From the NCBI GenBank assembly GCA_964491475.1, contig CAZBFO010000005.1, forward strand, positions 841 through 64,840: DNA of 64,000 nucleotides, written 5' to 3'. Position numbers and translations under genes: made by a program. The notes under the pieces were generated by a model. The model was not told the origin of the DNA. It saw only the letters and a program-made list of their open reading frames with translations, and did not search any database. This stretch comes from an uncultured Gammaproteobacteria bacterium (GTDB lineage Bacteria > Patescibacteriota > Patescibacteriia > SG8-24). Positions 28,674 to 39,363 of the stretch are shown piece after piece (position 1 is the stretch's first letter; each line of letters opens with the position of its first letter).

Positions 28674-29828
28674 TTACTGCCTGATGGGCATCACGATGTA
28701 CAGGTACTCCTGCATTGCATGTCCGTCCGCATATCCGCGCATCACGCACGGGCTCATGCCGTCGATCAGCTGCAGGATGACATGCTCGGAATCGATGTTG
28801 TTCACTCCATCGAGGAAATACTTGAAGTTCACCGTTATCGACCCCTGCTTGCCCTGTATTGCCCCTCCAAGCTCCACAGCGTGCTCACCGGTCTGATTAT
28901 TGGTACTGGAGAGCCTGATCGATGAGTCTGGCGTAAAGGTAACGAGAATGTCGTTCAATCCCGTTCTGGAGAACAGGCTGGCCGTTTTCACTGCTCGTGA
29001 CAATTCCTCCTTGCTGATCACCACCTCGGTTTCAAACCGGTCGGGGATAAGTTGTCGATAATCGGGATACTTACCCTCAATAGTCCGGGAAATCAGCTCA
29101 ACCGTGTCGTACACGAACTGCACCTGATTGTCGCTGACCTGAATTTCAATATTCGCCGGATTGTCCAAAGCGTCTCGGAAGACGCCCAGGATGCGGATAA
29201 CCTCCGAAACCGTCCGAGAAGGCACAATTATCGAGAATGGCTCGGAAATCTGCGTGCTGACCTTGGTATCGACCGAGATAGTCCTTTCAGCAAGCCTGTA
29301 GCTGTCCGTAGCAGCCAAAATCAAATCTAATCCACCGTCCCTGGGGACAAACTTGAACAAAACACCGCTAATTTCCGGGCGAGACTCATTCGGAGCAACC
29401 GCAAACAGCACCTGTCCGACAGCCTTCTTCAGATCCGCAACCTTCACGGTGAACTTGCGTTGACTCTCAATCGTCGGAATCAGAGGAAACTCGGAGGCGG
29501 CAATGCCATTCAGCTTCGTCTGGTAGGTTCCACAAGCCACTGTGAGCGCGTTACCGGACATTTCCACGTCCACGCGCTCCTTGGGCAGCAAAGAGACGTA
29601 ATCAGCAAACAACTTTGATGGCACCGTGAACTCACCGCCAGCCTCAATCTTCCCGCGAACCGCGCATTTCACGGCAATTTCCAAGTTGGTAGCCATGAAC
29701 CTCAACACTTTGTCGTCCGCCTTGATAAGAACGTTACCGAGGATCGGCAAGTTCACGTTCTTGCCGGCGATGTGGCTCACGATAGAGAGTCCTTGATTCA
29801 AATTTTCTTGCGTGTAGGAAAATTTCAT
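28674..29828 (-). CDS. dnaN: DNA polymerase III beta sliding clamp
   Basis: LPILGNVLI, ATNLE, ATDSYRLAE, EGKYPDY, C-terminal VMPIR. Confidence 0.97.
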   Translation of the reverse strand: MKFSYTQENLNQGLSIVSHIAGKNVNLPILGNVLIKADDKVLRFMATNLEIAVKCAVRGKIEAGGEFTVPSKLFADYVSLLPKERVDVEMSGNALTVACGTYQTKLNGIAASEFPLIPTIESQRKFTVKVADLKKAVGQVLFAVAPNESRPEISGVLFKFVPRDGGLDLILAATDSYRLAERTISVDTKVSTQISEPFSIIVPSRTVSEVIRILGVFRDALDNPANIEIQVSDNQVQFVYDTVELISRTIEGKYPDYRQLIPDRFETEVVISKEELSRAVKTASLFSRTGLNDILVTFTPDSSIRLSSTNNQTGEHAVELGGAIQGKQGSITVNFKYFLDGVNNIDSEHVILQLIDGMSPCVMRGYADGHAMQEYLYIVMPIRQ

Positions 29829-30096
29829 CACAACAATATCGTTCTTAAATATATTTATATATTACTGTGGTGGTTGTAGGTGAGTGGATAGCGGGGAAAA
29901 GTCACCTACGATTGCTGGGTTGAGCCACCTGAACCTGTGGAAGCATGTGGGGTACCACGGGAGAACTGGTGGTACAACCCGGGGAAAAAGCCAGGGGCAC
30001 CCTGCTTTCCGCAAGGTGCCCCTGGTTCTGTCCACCGGACATCCTAGGTTTTTCCCACGGTTGGCCTCACAGCTTCCACAGGTTATGCGCCGCGGA

Positions 30097-31500
30097 CTAT
30101 GTGTTGTACAAGCGCTGCTTGATGAGGTCGAGATCCTGCCGGACCTTCGGACTGGTTTCCAACTCACCTGCAATCTTGGAGTAGGCGTGCATGGCCGTGG
30201 TGTGGTCGCGACCGCCGAGTTCGTGACCGATTGACGGATAGGAGGCGCCGATTTCCTCACGCATCAGGTACATGATGACCTGACGGGGGAAAGCGAGGCG
30301 CTTTTCGCGGCATTTTCCGCTCATATCGGCCACCGTAACGTCGTAGTAGGAGGCAACCGTGTTGACGATGTGCTTGGCCGTGACGTTCTTCTTGGACTGG
30401 GTGGGACCGAAGCTGGAAAGCAGAGTTTTGGCTGCATCTAGCGTCGGTTTGGTGTTCTTGAACTGGTGGTAGGCGATGATTTTGTTGAGTGCACCTTCCA
30501 ATTCACGGACATTGGACTGGATAACTGTGGCAATGTAGCGGACGATTTCGGTATCCAGGTCATAGCTGCGCTCCTTGCACTTTGTTTCAAGGATAGCGAT
30601 GCGGGTTTCAAAGTCCGGGCTGGAGATATCCACCGTCATTCCCCACTCGAAACGGGAGATGAGGCGGTGCTCGAGGGCTGGAATCTGCTTTGGCGGCCGG
30701 TCAGAGGTGAGGACAACCTGCTTATTGTTCTGATGCAGGGCGTTGAAGGTGTGGAAGAACTCTTCTTGAGTGCCATCCTTGCCCGTCAGGAACTGGATGT
30801 CGTCGATCATCAGCAGGTCGACCGAGCGATAGGTGTCCTTGAATTCCTTGCCGCGGCCGCTTTTGACAGCGTGGATAAATTCGCTGGTGAACTTTTCACA
30901 GGTCACATACAGGACTTTGGCCTCCGGATTCTTGGTGAGAAGAGCGTTTCCAATGGCCTGGAGCAAGTGCGTTTTACCGAGACCGACACCGCCATAGACG
31001 AACAGCGGGTTGTACTTAGTGCCCGGATTCTCCGAGACAGCCATGGCCGCCGCGTGCGCCAGTTCGTTTCCCTTACCGACGATAAAGGTTTCAAAGGTGT
31101 ACTTAGCGCTCAACTTATTGTCAGTAGAATACTCTTTTTGCGCTAAGTTATGCGAAGTTTCAGGCCTTACGATAGTAGCAACTTCGTTGGCGGTTGGCGC
31201 GATGACCTGGAACGTTTCCTGGGACAACGGCTTATTGCCGAGGTTCATGGGGCGGACGTCCACCTTGTAAATGATCTCCTTGAAACCGGCGTTACCCACA
31301 GTCTGGAGCGACTTGAGGATAGAAGCGTTGTACTTCTTTTCCAACCAGGCCTTGGTGAACGTGTTGGGAACGCTGATGACGACCCTTTGGCCCTCGCAGG
31401 ACGAGATGAAGGTGTTCTTGAACCACGTGGTGAAGTTCGCCTTGCTCAATGTGAGCTCCAATTCACCGAGAACAGCCTGCCAAAGTTCGTGCGTATTCAT
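30097..31500 (-). CDS. dnaA: Chromosomal replication initiator DnaA
   Basis: YNPLFVYGGVGLGKTHL, DDIQF, QEEFFHTFN, RELEGAL, GGRDHTT. Start at ATG 31500. Confidence 0.98.
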   Translation of the reverse strand: MNTHELWQAVLGELELTLSKANFTTWFKNTFISSCEGQRVVISVPNTFTKAWLEKKYNASILKSLQTVGNAGFKEIIYKVDVRPMNLGNKPLSQETFQVIAPTANEVATIVRPETSHNLAQKEYSTDNKLSAKYTFETFIVGKGNELAHAAAMAVSENPGTKYNPLFVYGGVGLGKTHLLQAIGNALLTKNPEAKVLYVTCEKFTSEFIHAVKSGRGKEFKDTYRSVDLLMIDDIQFLTGKDGTQEEFFHTFNALHQNNKQVVLTSDRPPKQIPALEHRLISRFEWGMTVDISSPDFETRIAILETKCKERSYDLDTEIVRYIATVIQSNVRELEGALNKIIAYHQFKNTKPTLDAAKTLLSSFGPTQSKKNVTAKHIVNTVASYYDVTVADMSGKCREKRLAFPRQVIMYLMREEIGASYPSIGHELGGRDHTTAMHAYSKIAGELETSPKVRQDLDLIKQRLYNT

Positions 31501-31775
31501 AGTATTGATGCGTCGAAAGACAAAGGCGAAAATATTTTGAGGCTGAATACAGTCTAAGACAGCAAAACATATTTGAAAAGCGGCCGAACTGGGCACAGAT
31601 TGTGTACCAATTGTGGATATCTTTCGATTTAAAAGCAAGTGTGGATGCACTGTGGGTTAGTCAACCCCATATGATGTGTTATCAACAGGTTCTTAACACC
31701 ATATGTGGTGTGTCTTGCCAAAAATGGGCAATTCTGGCAGGATAGAGCGACTTCGAATCAGATAAGTGATTTGTT

Positions 31776-31913
31776 ATGCCCAAGCGCACACTCCAGCGCA
31801 ACCCGCGCAAGATGAAGAAAAAGCACGGTTTTCTGAACCGCATGCGCACCACCGGTGGCCGCGTCGTTCTCAAGCGTCGCCGCGCCAAGGGTCGCAAGAA
31901 GCTCTCCGTATAA
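31776..31913 (+). CDS. rpmH: 50S ribosomal protein L34
   Basis: Manual translation [45 protein letters not shown] (below the ORF-track length cutoff); divergent from dnaA. Confidence 0.96.
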   Translation: MPKRTLQRNPRKMKKKHGFLNRMRTTGGRVVLKRRRAKGRKKLSV

Positions 31914-31975
31914 ACAAAAAAGCCCAATAAAATGGGCTTTTTTGGACCCATCGGAACGTGCTACAGTGTTTTCAT

Positions 31976-32323
31976 ATGTTGGCAAAGTCAGCCCGACTCA
32001 ATGCGGAAAAGGATTACTCACGCCTTTTTTCTAAAGGACGTGCTTTTCATGCGCGCGGCATCATCATGAAGGTCATGAAGAGCAAGGCCGAAGCTACCAA
32101 AGTCGGATTTGTAGTCAGTACGAAGGTGGCAAAGAAGGCCAACGTGCGCAACTTGGTCAAACGGCGCATGCGCGAAATCATCCGAAAGCATTACGCCCAG
32201 ATCGAAAGGGGCCTCGACATAGCCTTCAAGGCAAAAGTCGAGGCAAAATCAATGGAATTTGCGGAGGTGGAAAAGTCGATGCTTGAGCTTCTTTGGAAAG
32301 CAGGCATTTTGCCACGAACATGA
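31976..32323 (+). CDS. rnpA: Ribonuclease P protein component
   Basis: VGFVVSTKVAKKANVRN.VKRRMRE; follows rpmH. Confidence 0.93.
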   Translation: MLAKSARLNAEKDYSRLFSKGRAFHARGIIMKVMKSKAEATKVGFVVSTKVAKKANVRNLVKRRMREIIRKHYAQIERGLDIAFKAKVEAKSMEFAEVEKSMLELLWKAGILPRT

Positions 32324-32628
32324 GATCGGATCAGTTCCTCGTCTTCAAAATTATTTTTGGACTTCCCAAGATTGCCGTCTTGCAGACTATTCGTTTATAC
32401 CAAAAGCTTTTTTCTCCGGATCACGGTCCTTTGCGAGCGCTGTATCCGTATGGATACTGCAAATTCAAACCGACCTGTTCACAGTACACGTACGAGGCTG
32501 TGGAAAATATGGGGGTAACTCGCGGACTTATCCTCGGTGCCGTGCGCATCATGCGATGCAATCCATGGAACAAAGGGGGATACGATCCGGTTCCCGTGAA
32601 GAGAATGACTGATGCAGATAAAAAATAA
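32320..32628 (+). CDS. yidD: Membrane protein insertion efficiency factor YidD
   Basis: YQK.FSP, CKFKPTCSQY, RCNPW..GGYDP. Confidence 0.93.
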   Translation: MRSDQFLVFKIIFGLPKIAVLQTIRLYQKLFSPDHGPLRALYPYGYCKFKPTCSQYTYEAVENMGVTRGLILGAVRIMRCNPWNKGGYDPVPVKRMTDADKK

Positions 32629-32633
32629 TGGCT

Positions 32634-32858
32634 CTAGTGAGCCATTATTTTAAATATCTTCTTCGAAGAGGTTTCACCTTTCACCAACAGTACGCGTGAT
32701 TTTGGGACATTCATGTATTCCGCCAACATATCCACAACATCCTTGTTGGCTTTGCCTTTTTCGGGCGCGACGTTGGTCCAGATTTTGAGTGAGCCGTCCG
32801 GGGACGCTTCGACGGCACGCTTGCGGGCGCCTGCTCGCACGGTAACGGTGACCAACAT
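32634..32858 (-). CDS. DUF167/YggU family protein
   Basis: PEKGKAN...LA....VPKS....KG..S..K. Confidence 0.88.
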   Translation of the reverse strand: MLVTVTVRAGARKRAVEASPDGSLKIWTNVAPEKGKANKDVVDMLAEYMNVPKSRVLLVKGETSSKKIFKIMAH

Positions 32859-32864
32859 ACTCTT

Positions 32865-33701
32865 CTACTTTGCCTTGCCGCGAATCTTTTTCAGAATCGC
32901 CAGGTCGTCAGCGACGTGATCGGGTTCGGTTTCCAAAATCAGGTTCACGTTCTTGAAACCTTTGGAGCCGACGATTGCCTTGAACCCCTCCAGTCCGATG
33001 AAACCTTTGCCGAGATGCTCGTGGCGGTCCTTGTGTTCGCCGATGTCCACCTTGGAGTCGTTGCAATGGGAAAGTTCCAGACGGTCCAGGCCAATGGCTT
33101 TGTCGAATGACTTCATGGTTTTCGTCACCGCGTCGGCATCGCGCAGGTCGTAGCCAGAGGCGAAAGCGTGGGCCGTGTCGAAGCAAACCCCCAACATTTC
33201 GTGATCCGCGCCGGCCAGCATCGCGGCGACCTCCTCGAAGGTGTCGCCCATGACCATGCCGGCGCCGGCCGAAATCTCGATGAGCAGGCGCGTGGTGCCC
33301 TTGTAGCCCTTGAGGATCTTCTTGATGCCCTCGACGACCAGCTTGAGACCCATCTCCTCGCCGACGCCCGAGGCGGAGCCGGGGTGGAACATCATCGCGG
33401 TGACGCCGAGCAGGCTGCCGCGCTCCAGTTCGCCACGCAGGATTTCCACGGAACCGTTGCGGATGCGCTCCTCTTTGGAGGCCAGATTGATGATGTACGG
33501 CGCGTGAATGTAGCACTTCTCAAACGAGTGCTTCTCGCAAAGTTCGCGGAATTTGGTGATTTCTTCCTTGGGTATGGGGCCGACGCGGCTGCCTTGCGGC
33601 GGACGCGAGAAGAACTGGAAGGTTTCGAGGCCGAGCTGGGCCGCGTTCAAGGGTGCGTTGGAAACGCCGCCGGAAGCGGATACGTGTGCGCCGAATTGCA
33701 T
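32865..33701 (-). CDS. nfo: Endonuclease IV
   Basis: GAHVS.SGG, HAPY.INL, FHPG, CFDTAH.FASGYD, H.NDSK, DRHE.LG.G.IG, ILET. Confidence 0.95.
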   Translation of the reverse strand: MQFGAHVSASGGVSNAPLNAAQLGLETFQFFSRPPQGSRVGPIPKEEITKFRELCEKHSFEKCYIHAPYIINLASKEERIRNGSVEILRGELERGSLLGVTAMMFHPGSASGVGEEMGLKLVVEGIKKILKGYKGTTRLLIEISAGAGMVMGDTFEEVAAMLAGADHEMLGVCFDTAHAFASGYDLRDADAVTKTMKSFDKAIGLDRLELSHCNDSKVDIGEHKDRHEHLGKGFIGLEGFKAIVGSKGFKNVNLILETEPDHVADDLAILKKIRGKAK

Positions 33702-33765
33702 AGGGAAAACAAAAGTGGTGAACCTGACGTTCACCACTTTAGCACCAATTGGCAGGAAATCTCCA

Positions 33766-35055
33766 TTACTTCTTACCGGTGGCGGCGTCGCGGAGCATCG
33801 CCAGCACCTTGCGGTTGCGCATCGAGGATCGGACGTAGTCCTGGTAATCCTCGGTGCGAATCTGCTGCTGCGCTTCGGGATTGTTGGCGTAGCGGTTGAT
33901 GAGGTTACCGATCTCGCCCAGCAATTCCTCGTCCGATACCTCCACCTTTTCCTTCTCGCCGATTTCGCGGATGAGGACCGCAGTCTTCACGCGCTTCACT
34001 GCCTGCGGCACGAACTCCATTTTGAGATCCTCTTCGGTCTTCTTGATGTTGAGCAGGTAGTCGGGCCAGGTGGCGCCCTGGTCGGCGACGCCGTGCTTGA
34101 GTTCGTCCAGCATGCGCTTCACTTCGTCGTTGAGGATGACTTCCGGAACGTCTTCGAAGCGTGCCTTCTCGACCAGCTGGTCCAGCACGGCGAGTTCGAC
34201 ACGCTGGGTTTCCTTGGTCTTGGCCTCTTCGAGCATGTTGGTCTTGATGAGCTCGCGCAGCTTGGCGATGCTCTCCTGACCGACCTTCTTGGCGAGCTCG
34301 TCATCGATGGGCGGGTGCTCAAGGTCGTACACTTCCTTGAGCGTCACCGCGAAGTCGACGTCCTTGCCGGCCAAGTTCTTCTGGAAGTGGTCGGGGTTGA
34401 ACTTGAGGGTGAATTCGCGCTTCTCGCCCTCCTTCATTCCCAGCACTTTGTCCCTAAGACCGGGAATGTAATATTCCTCGTTCAGGAAAATCCCGTGGTT
34501 GCGTGCCTGGCCGCCGTCGACGGCGACGCCACCGATGGTCAGGTCCATGTCGACGACAATCTTGTTCTTGTCGGTGGCTTCGTGGCTGGCGCGTACTTCC
34601 TTGGTGTGCATCGATTGCAGCTCCTTGAGCGTGGCTTCGACGGCGCTGTCTTCCACCTTGGGTTCTTTGGTCTCCACCTTGACGGCCTTGTAGTCAGGCA
34701 TGGTGGTCACGTCCGGAACGGCGGCGACGGTGGCGGTGAAAGAGATCGGATTGCCCGGAGCGAGTTTGGTGACCTCGATCTTCGGCTCGCCGTAGCTGTG
34801 CACGTGCTCCTTTACGACGGCGTTGACGTAGTGCTTTCGGATGATGGCGGGCAGGGCGGTTTCGTAGATGGCCATTTCGCCATACGCCTGCTTGACCATG
34901 TCGTAAGTGGCCTTGCCGGGGCGGAATCCCGGCATCGGCTTGTCCTCGGTGAGCTTGCGGGCGGCGTTCTCGAGCTCGTTCTTGACCTCGTCGAGAGACA
35001 CCTCGCAGGTGACTTCGACCATTCCCTTCGGGAGTTTTTTGATGGTGGCAGACAT
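33766..35055 (-). CDS. tig: Trigger factor
   Basis: PGFRPGKA ribosome-binding motif; FKBP-like middle domain. Start at ATG 35055. Confidence 0.95.
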   Translation of the reverse strand: MSATIKKLPKGMVEVTCEVSLDEVKNELENAARKLTEDKPMPGFRPGKATYDMVKQAYGEMAIYETALPAIIRKHYVNAVVKEHVHSYGEPKIEVTKLAPGNPISFTATVAAVPDVTTMPDYKAVKVETKEPKVEDSAVEATLKELQSMHTKEVRASHEATDKNKIVVDMDLTIGGVAVDGGQARNHGIFLNEEYYIPGLRDKVLGMKEGEKREFTLKFNPDHFQKNLAGKDVDFAVTLKEVYDLEHPPIDDELAKKVGQESIAKLRELIKTNMLEEAKTKETQRVELAVLDQLVEKARFEDVPEVILNDEVKRMLDELKHGVADQGATWPDYLLNIKKTEEDLKMEFVPQAVKRVKTAVLIREIGEKEKVEVSDEELLGEIGNLINRYANNPEAQQQIRTEDYQDYVRSSMRNRKVLAMLRDAATGKK

Positions 35056-35113
35056 AAAGGCAAAGCAAAATAAGCCGTAATGACTTCGGACTTTAGTCGA
35101 AAAATGATGGAGT

Positions 35114-35295
35114 GTCAAACCGCGAGCGGCGCAGCCGCGGGGCGGCCGGGGGCTTGAGGGGTCGGTGTCGGATTTGGCCTGCGGGCCAAATCCGCACCTA
35201 AGCCTCGCCAAAAAATCGGCTGCGGCCGATTTTTTGTCTGCGGATTCCCCCTCAAGCCCCCGGCCGCCCCGCGGCTGCGCCGCTCGCGGTTTGAC
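35114..35295. repeat. Fold-back palindromic element C (48 bp perfect inverted arms)
   Basis: 35114-35161 is the reverse complement of 35248-35295; interior GGATTTGGCC-TGCG-GGCCAAATCC and AAAAAATCGGC-TGCG-GCCGATTTTTT, then CTGCGGAT. Confidence 0.9.
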
Positions 35296-35435
35296 GCGTG
35301 CCATCGTTGTTTGGCTGGGCGTCCTGCGGATGTGCGGTGGGCGCGAGGTTGGTTGATGTTTGTGGCTCGCACCGGGGCTAAATAAAAACGTGCCGCATGC
35401 TGCGGCCGTTTTTATTTAGTGCTCATTACTCCGGG

Positions 35436-35852
35436 TTAGACGGTTTGATGTTTTTGGATGAAGGCAGCGGTTGCTGCGATTGTTTCGGCGTGCAGGGATG
35501 GATCGCTTTCGGCCACCCAGACGGCGAAGTTGTAGAGGCGACGTGCGTCGATGGTCAGCCACTTACCGTTCAGTTCCAAAAAAACCAACAAGGCTGTCAC
35601 GGCGACGCGCTTGTTTCCGTTTTGAAAAGGGTGATTTTTGATGAGCAAATAAAAGAGGGCCGCAGCCTTGTCGGTAAGCGTGGGATAAAATTCCTTGCCG
35701 CCGAATGATTGCGAGATGGTTTGCAGGCACGATTCCAATTTTTCCGGATAGCGTGTTTTGAAGGGAGGGATTGGTTCGCCCCAAGCCAATAACTCTGCAG
35801 CAAGCGAATGCGCAACGAGTTCAACGTCCTCGATAGTCAGGAGGCGAGGCAT
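35436..35852 (-). CDS. doc: Death-on-curing (Doc/Fic) family toxin
   Basis: FGG.E.YP...KAA.L...LIKNHPFQNGNKR motif. Confidence 0.88.
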   Translation of the reverse strand: MPRLLTIEDVELVAHSLAAELLAWGEPIPPFKTRYPEKLESCLQTISQSFGGKEFYPTLTDKAAALFYLLIKNHPFQNGNKRVAVTALLVFLELNGKWLTIDARRLYNFAVWVAESDPSLHAETIAATAAFIQKHQTV

Positions 35853-35853
35853 A

Positions 35854-36105
35854 CTACTCCTTCGCAAGAAGCTTCAGCGTTTCACCGTACTCCTGGACGA
35901 CTTTTTTCACGGCATCTTTGATTTCCGTTTTTTTGTCCTGCGGCACTTCTTTCATGCACTTGGCCAGCTCGGACAGAGGAATGACAAAAGTGCGCCCGAC
36001 TTTTTCGGCGCTGATTTTGCCTGATTTGATCCAGCGGCCAATGGTGATTCGCTCAACGCCACAGAGTTTGGCTGCCTCGTTGGCTGAATAAAACTGCTTT
36101 TCCAT
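35854..36105 (-). CDS. Putative antitoxin with excisionase/MerR-like HTH (HTH_17)
   Basis: YSANEAAKLCGV...TI.RWI..G.I.A.K.G; C-terminal YGETLKLLAKE helix; ends 1 bp before the doc start. Confidence 0.75.
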   Translation of the reverse strand: MEKQFYSANEAAKLCGVERITIGRWIKSGKISAEKVGRTFVIPLSELAKCMKEVPQDKKTEIKDAVKKVVQEYGETLKLLAKE

Positions 36106-36115
36106 ATTTTTCGCC

Positions 36116-36175
36116 TGTTACAATATGTAACATTATCTATATAGATATGTTACAATATGTAACATATCTTGTCAA
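36116..36175. promoter_or_regulatory. Tandem palindromic operators overlapping the TA promoter
   Basis: TGTTACA-ATA-TGTAACA at 36116-36132 and 36148-36164, separated by the palindrome TATCTATATAGATA; minus-strand TTGACA at 36170-36175. Confidence 0.8.
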
Positions 36176-36260
36176 TAATAAGGCTGATGCTTGCATTTAC
36201 TTATGACCAAATTCAAAAAAGCCCTCGAATTTTCGAGGGCTTTTTGTCTCATTTCATCCC

Positions 36261-38306
<2,046 letters not shown>

Positions 38307-38444
38307 AGTCTGATCAGACTGCGGCTTGCATGAGCCGCATCCAAGTTAATAAATAAAAAAAGGGTTTTCCGACCACAAGAGGATAGGAAATTAAGGCTTT
38401 TTTGTCAATAAAAAGACCCGACGGCAGTCGTCGGGTTCGCAGCA

Positions 38445-39104
38445 TCAATCCTCTTCTTTGCCGGCCTCCAAATTGGCCAGCTGAACTTCGAGGTGCGTTA
38501 CCATGTAGTGGATCATGTCGCGAACGCGACGAGCTCCCTTCTTGTAGCGCTTGGGAACTTTTTTGACCATCTGGTCCACCAGCGGATAGTACTTGGACCT
38601 CGTTTCCAACAGCTGCTTCCGTTGGAATTCGGGAGGCGCACCGTCCAGGGTTCGTAAGTTGTCGAGCCGGTCGCAGGCCTTGAGGAGCAGCTCCCTCCAG
38701 CTGCCGAACCGCTTCAGATTACCGACGTAGTCCGGCTGGAAGCCGCCTTTTTGGGCCGGCAACTTGCTGACCATGTTGACGATGGCAGCGATTTTTTCGC
38801 CGAAATAGCACTCGATTCTCTCGATGGTCAAGAAGCGCGTGTCTTCTTTTCCGTCATGGAGAAAGGCGGCAATCACCAGTCGGACGTCGCGGCAATTGAC
38901 CTCGTCGATCAGGATGATGGCCACACGGCGCGGATGTTCGAAGTAGCGCACCGGCCCGCCGGTCGCTTCGTCCTTTTCGGACTTGCGCGTCTGGTACTTG
39001 TGCGAATGTTTCGCCAGCACGTAGGCCAGGTCGATCATCGCCAGGTCTTTCGGGGCGAACAGCGAGCGGACGCGTTCGTAGAACGATTCGTAATTTTCTC
39101 TCAA
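38445..39104 (-). CDS. HD-domain small alarmone hydrolase-like protein (Mesh1/SpoT hydrolase family)
   Basis: H..Q.RK, YFEHP..VA, AAFLHD..EDT, K..DRLDNLR; no synthetase domain. Confidence 0.8.
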   Translation of the reverse strand: MRENYESFYERVRSLFAPKDLAMIDLAYVLAKHSHKYQTRKSEKDEATGGPVRYFEHPRRVAIILIDEVNCRDVRLVIAAFLHDGKEDTRFLTIERIECYFGEKIAAIVNMVSKLPAQKGGFQPDYVGNLKRFGSWRELLLKACDRLDNLRTLDGAPPEFQRKQLLETRSKYYPLVDQMVKKVPKRYKKGARRVRDMIHYMVTHLEVQLANLEAGKEED

Positions 39105-39363
39105 AGGTCATCTCCTCGTCGGATTTCCGACAGGCAAACCTATCACGTTCGTGCTCGCGAGTCAAAGCTGCCACCGGCCCACCTGTGACTAATATGATTG
39201 ACACTACCCCACCAGGTTGTTACCATTTTTTAGTACATCGAGGAAAGGAGGAGAGGTAAAATTTACGCTAAATCTAGCGTAGAAATGTCTCTAGCCTAAG
39301 AAAAGTAAGCCTTTTCGTATACCTCGAACCGCCAAAAAAATTGGCATCAAGCTCCTGCTGGGA

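Noticed and set aside
21320-35295. CRISPR array or integron attC interpretation of the palindromic elements
   Set aside because: No repeat-spacer periodicity, no cas genes, no RYYYAAC...GTTRRRY ends and no IntI gene.
35056-35304. N-terminal extension of trigger factor in the ORF track
   Set aside because: It is read-through of palindromic element C; homology starts at ATG 35055.
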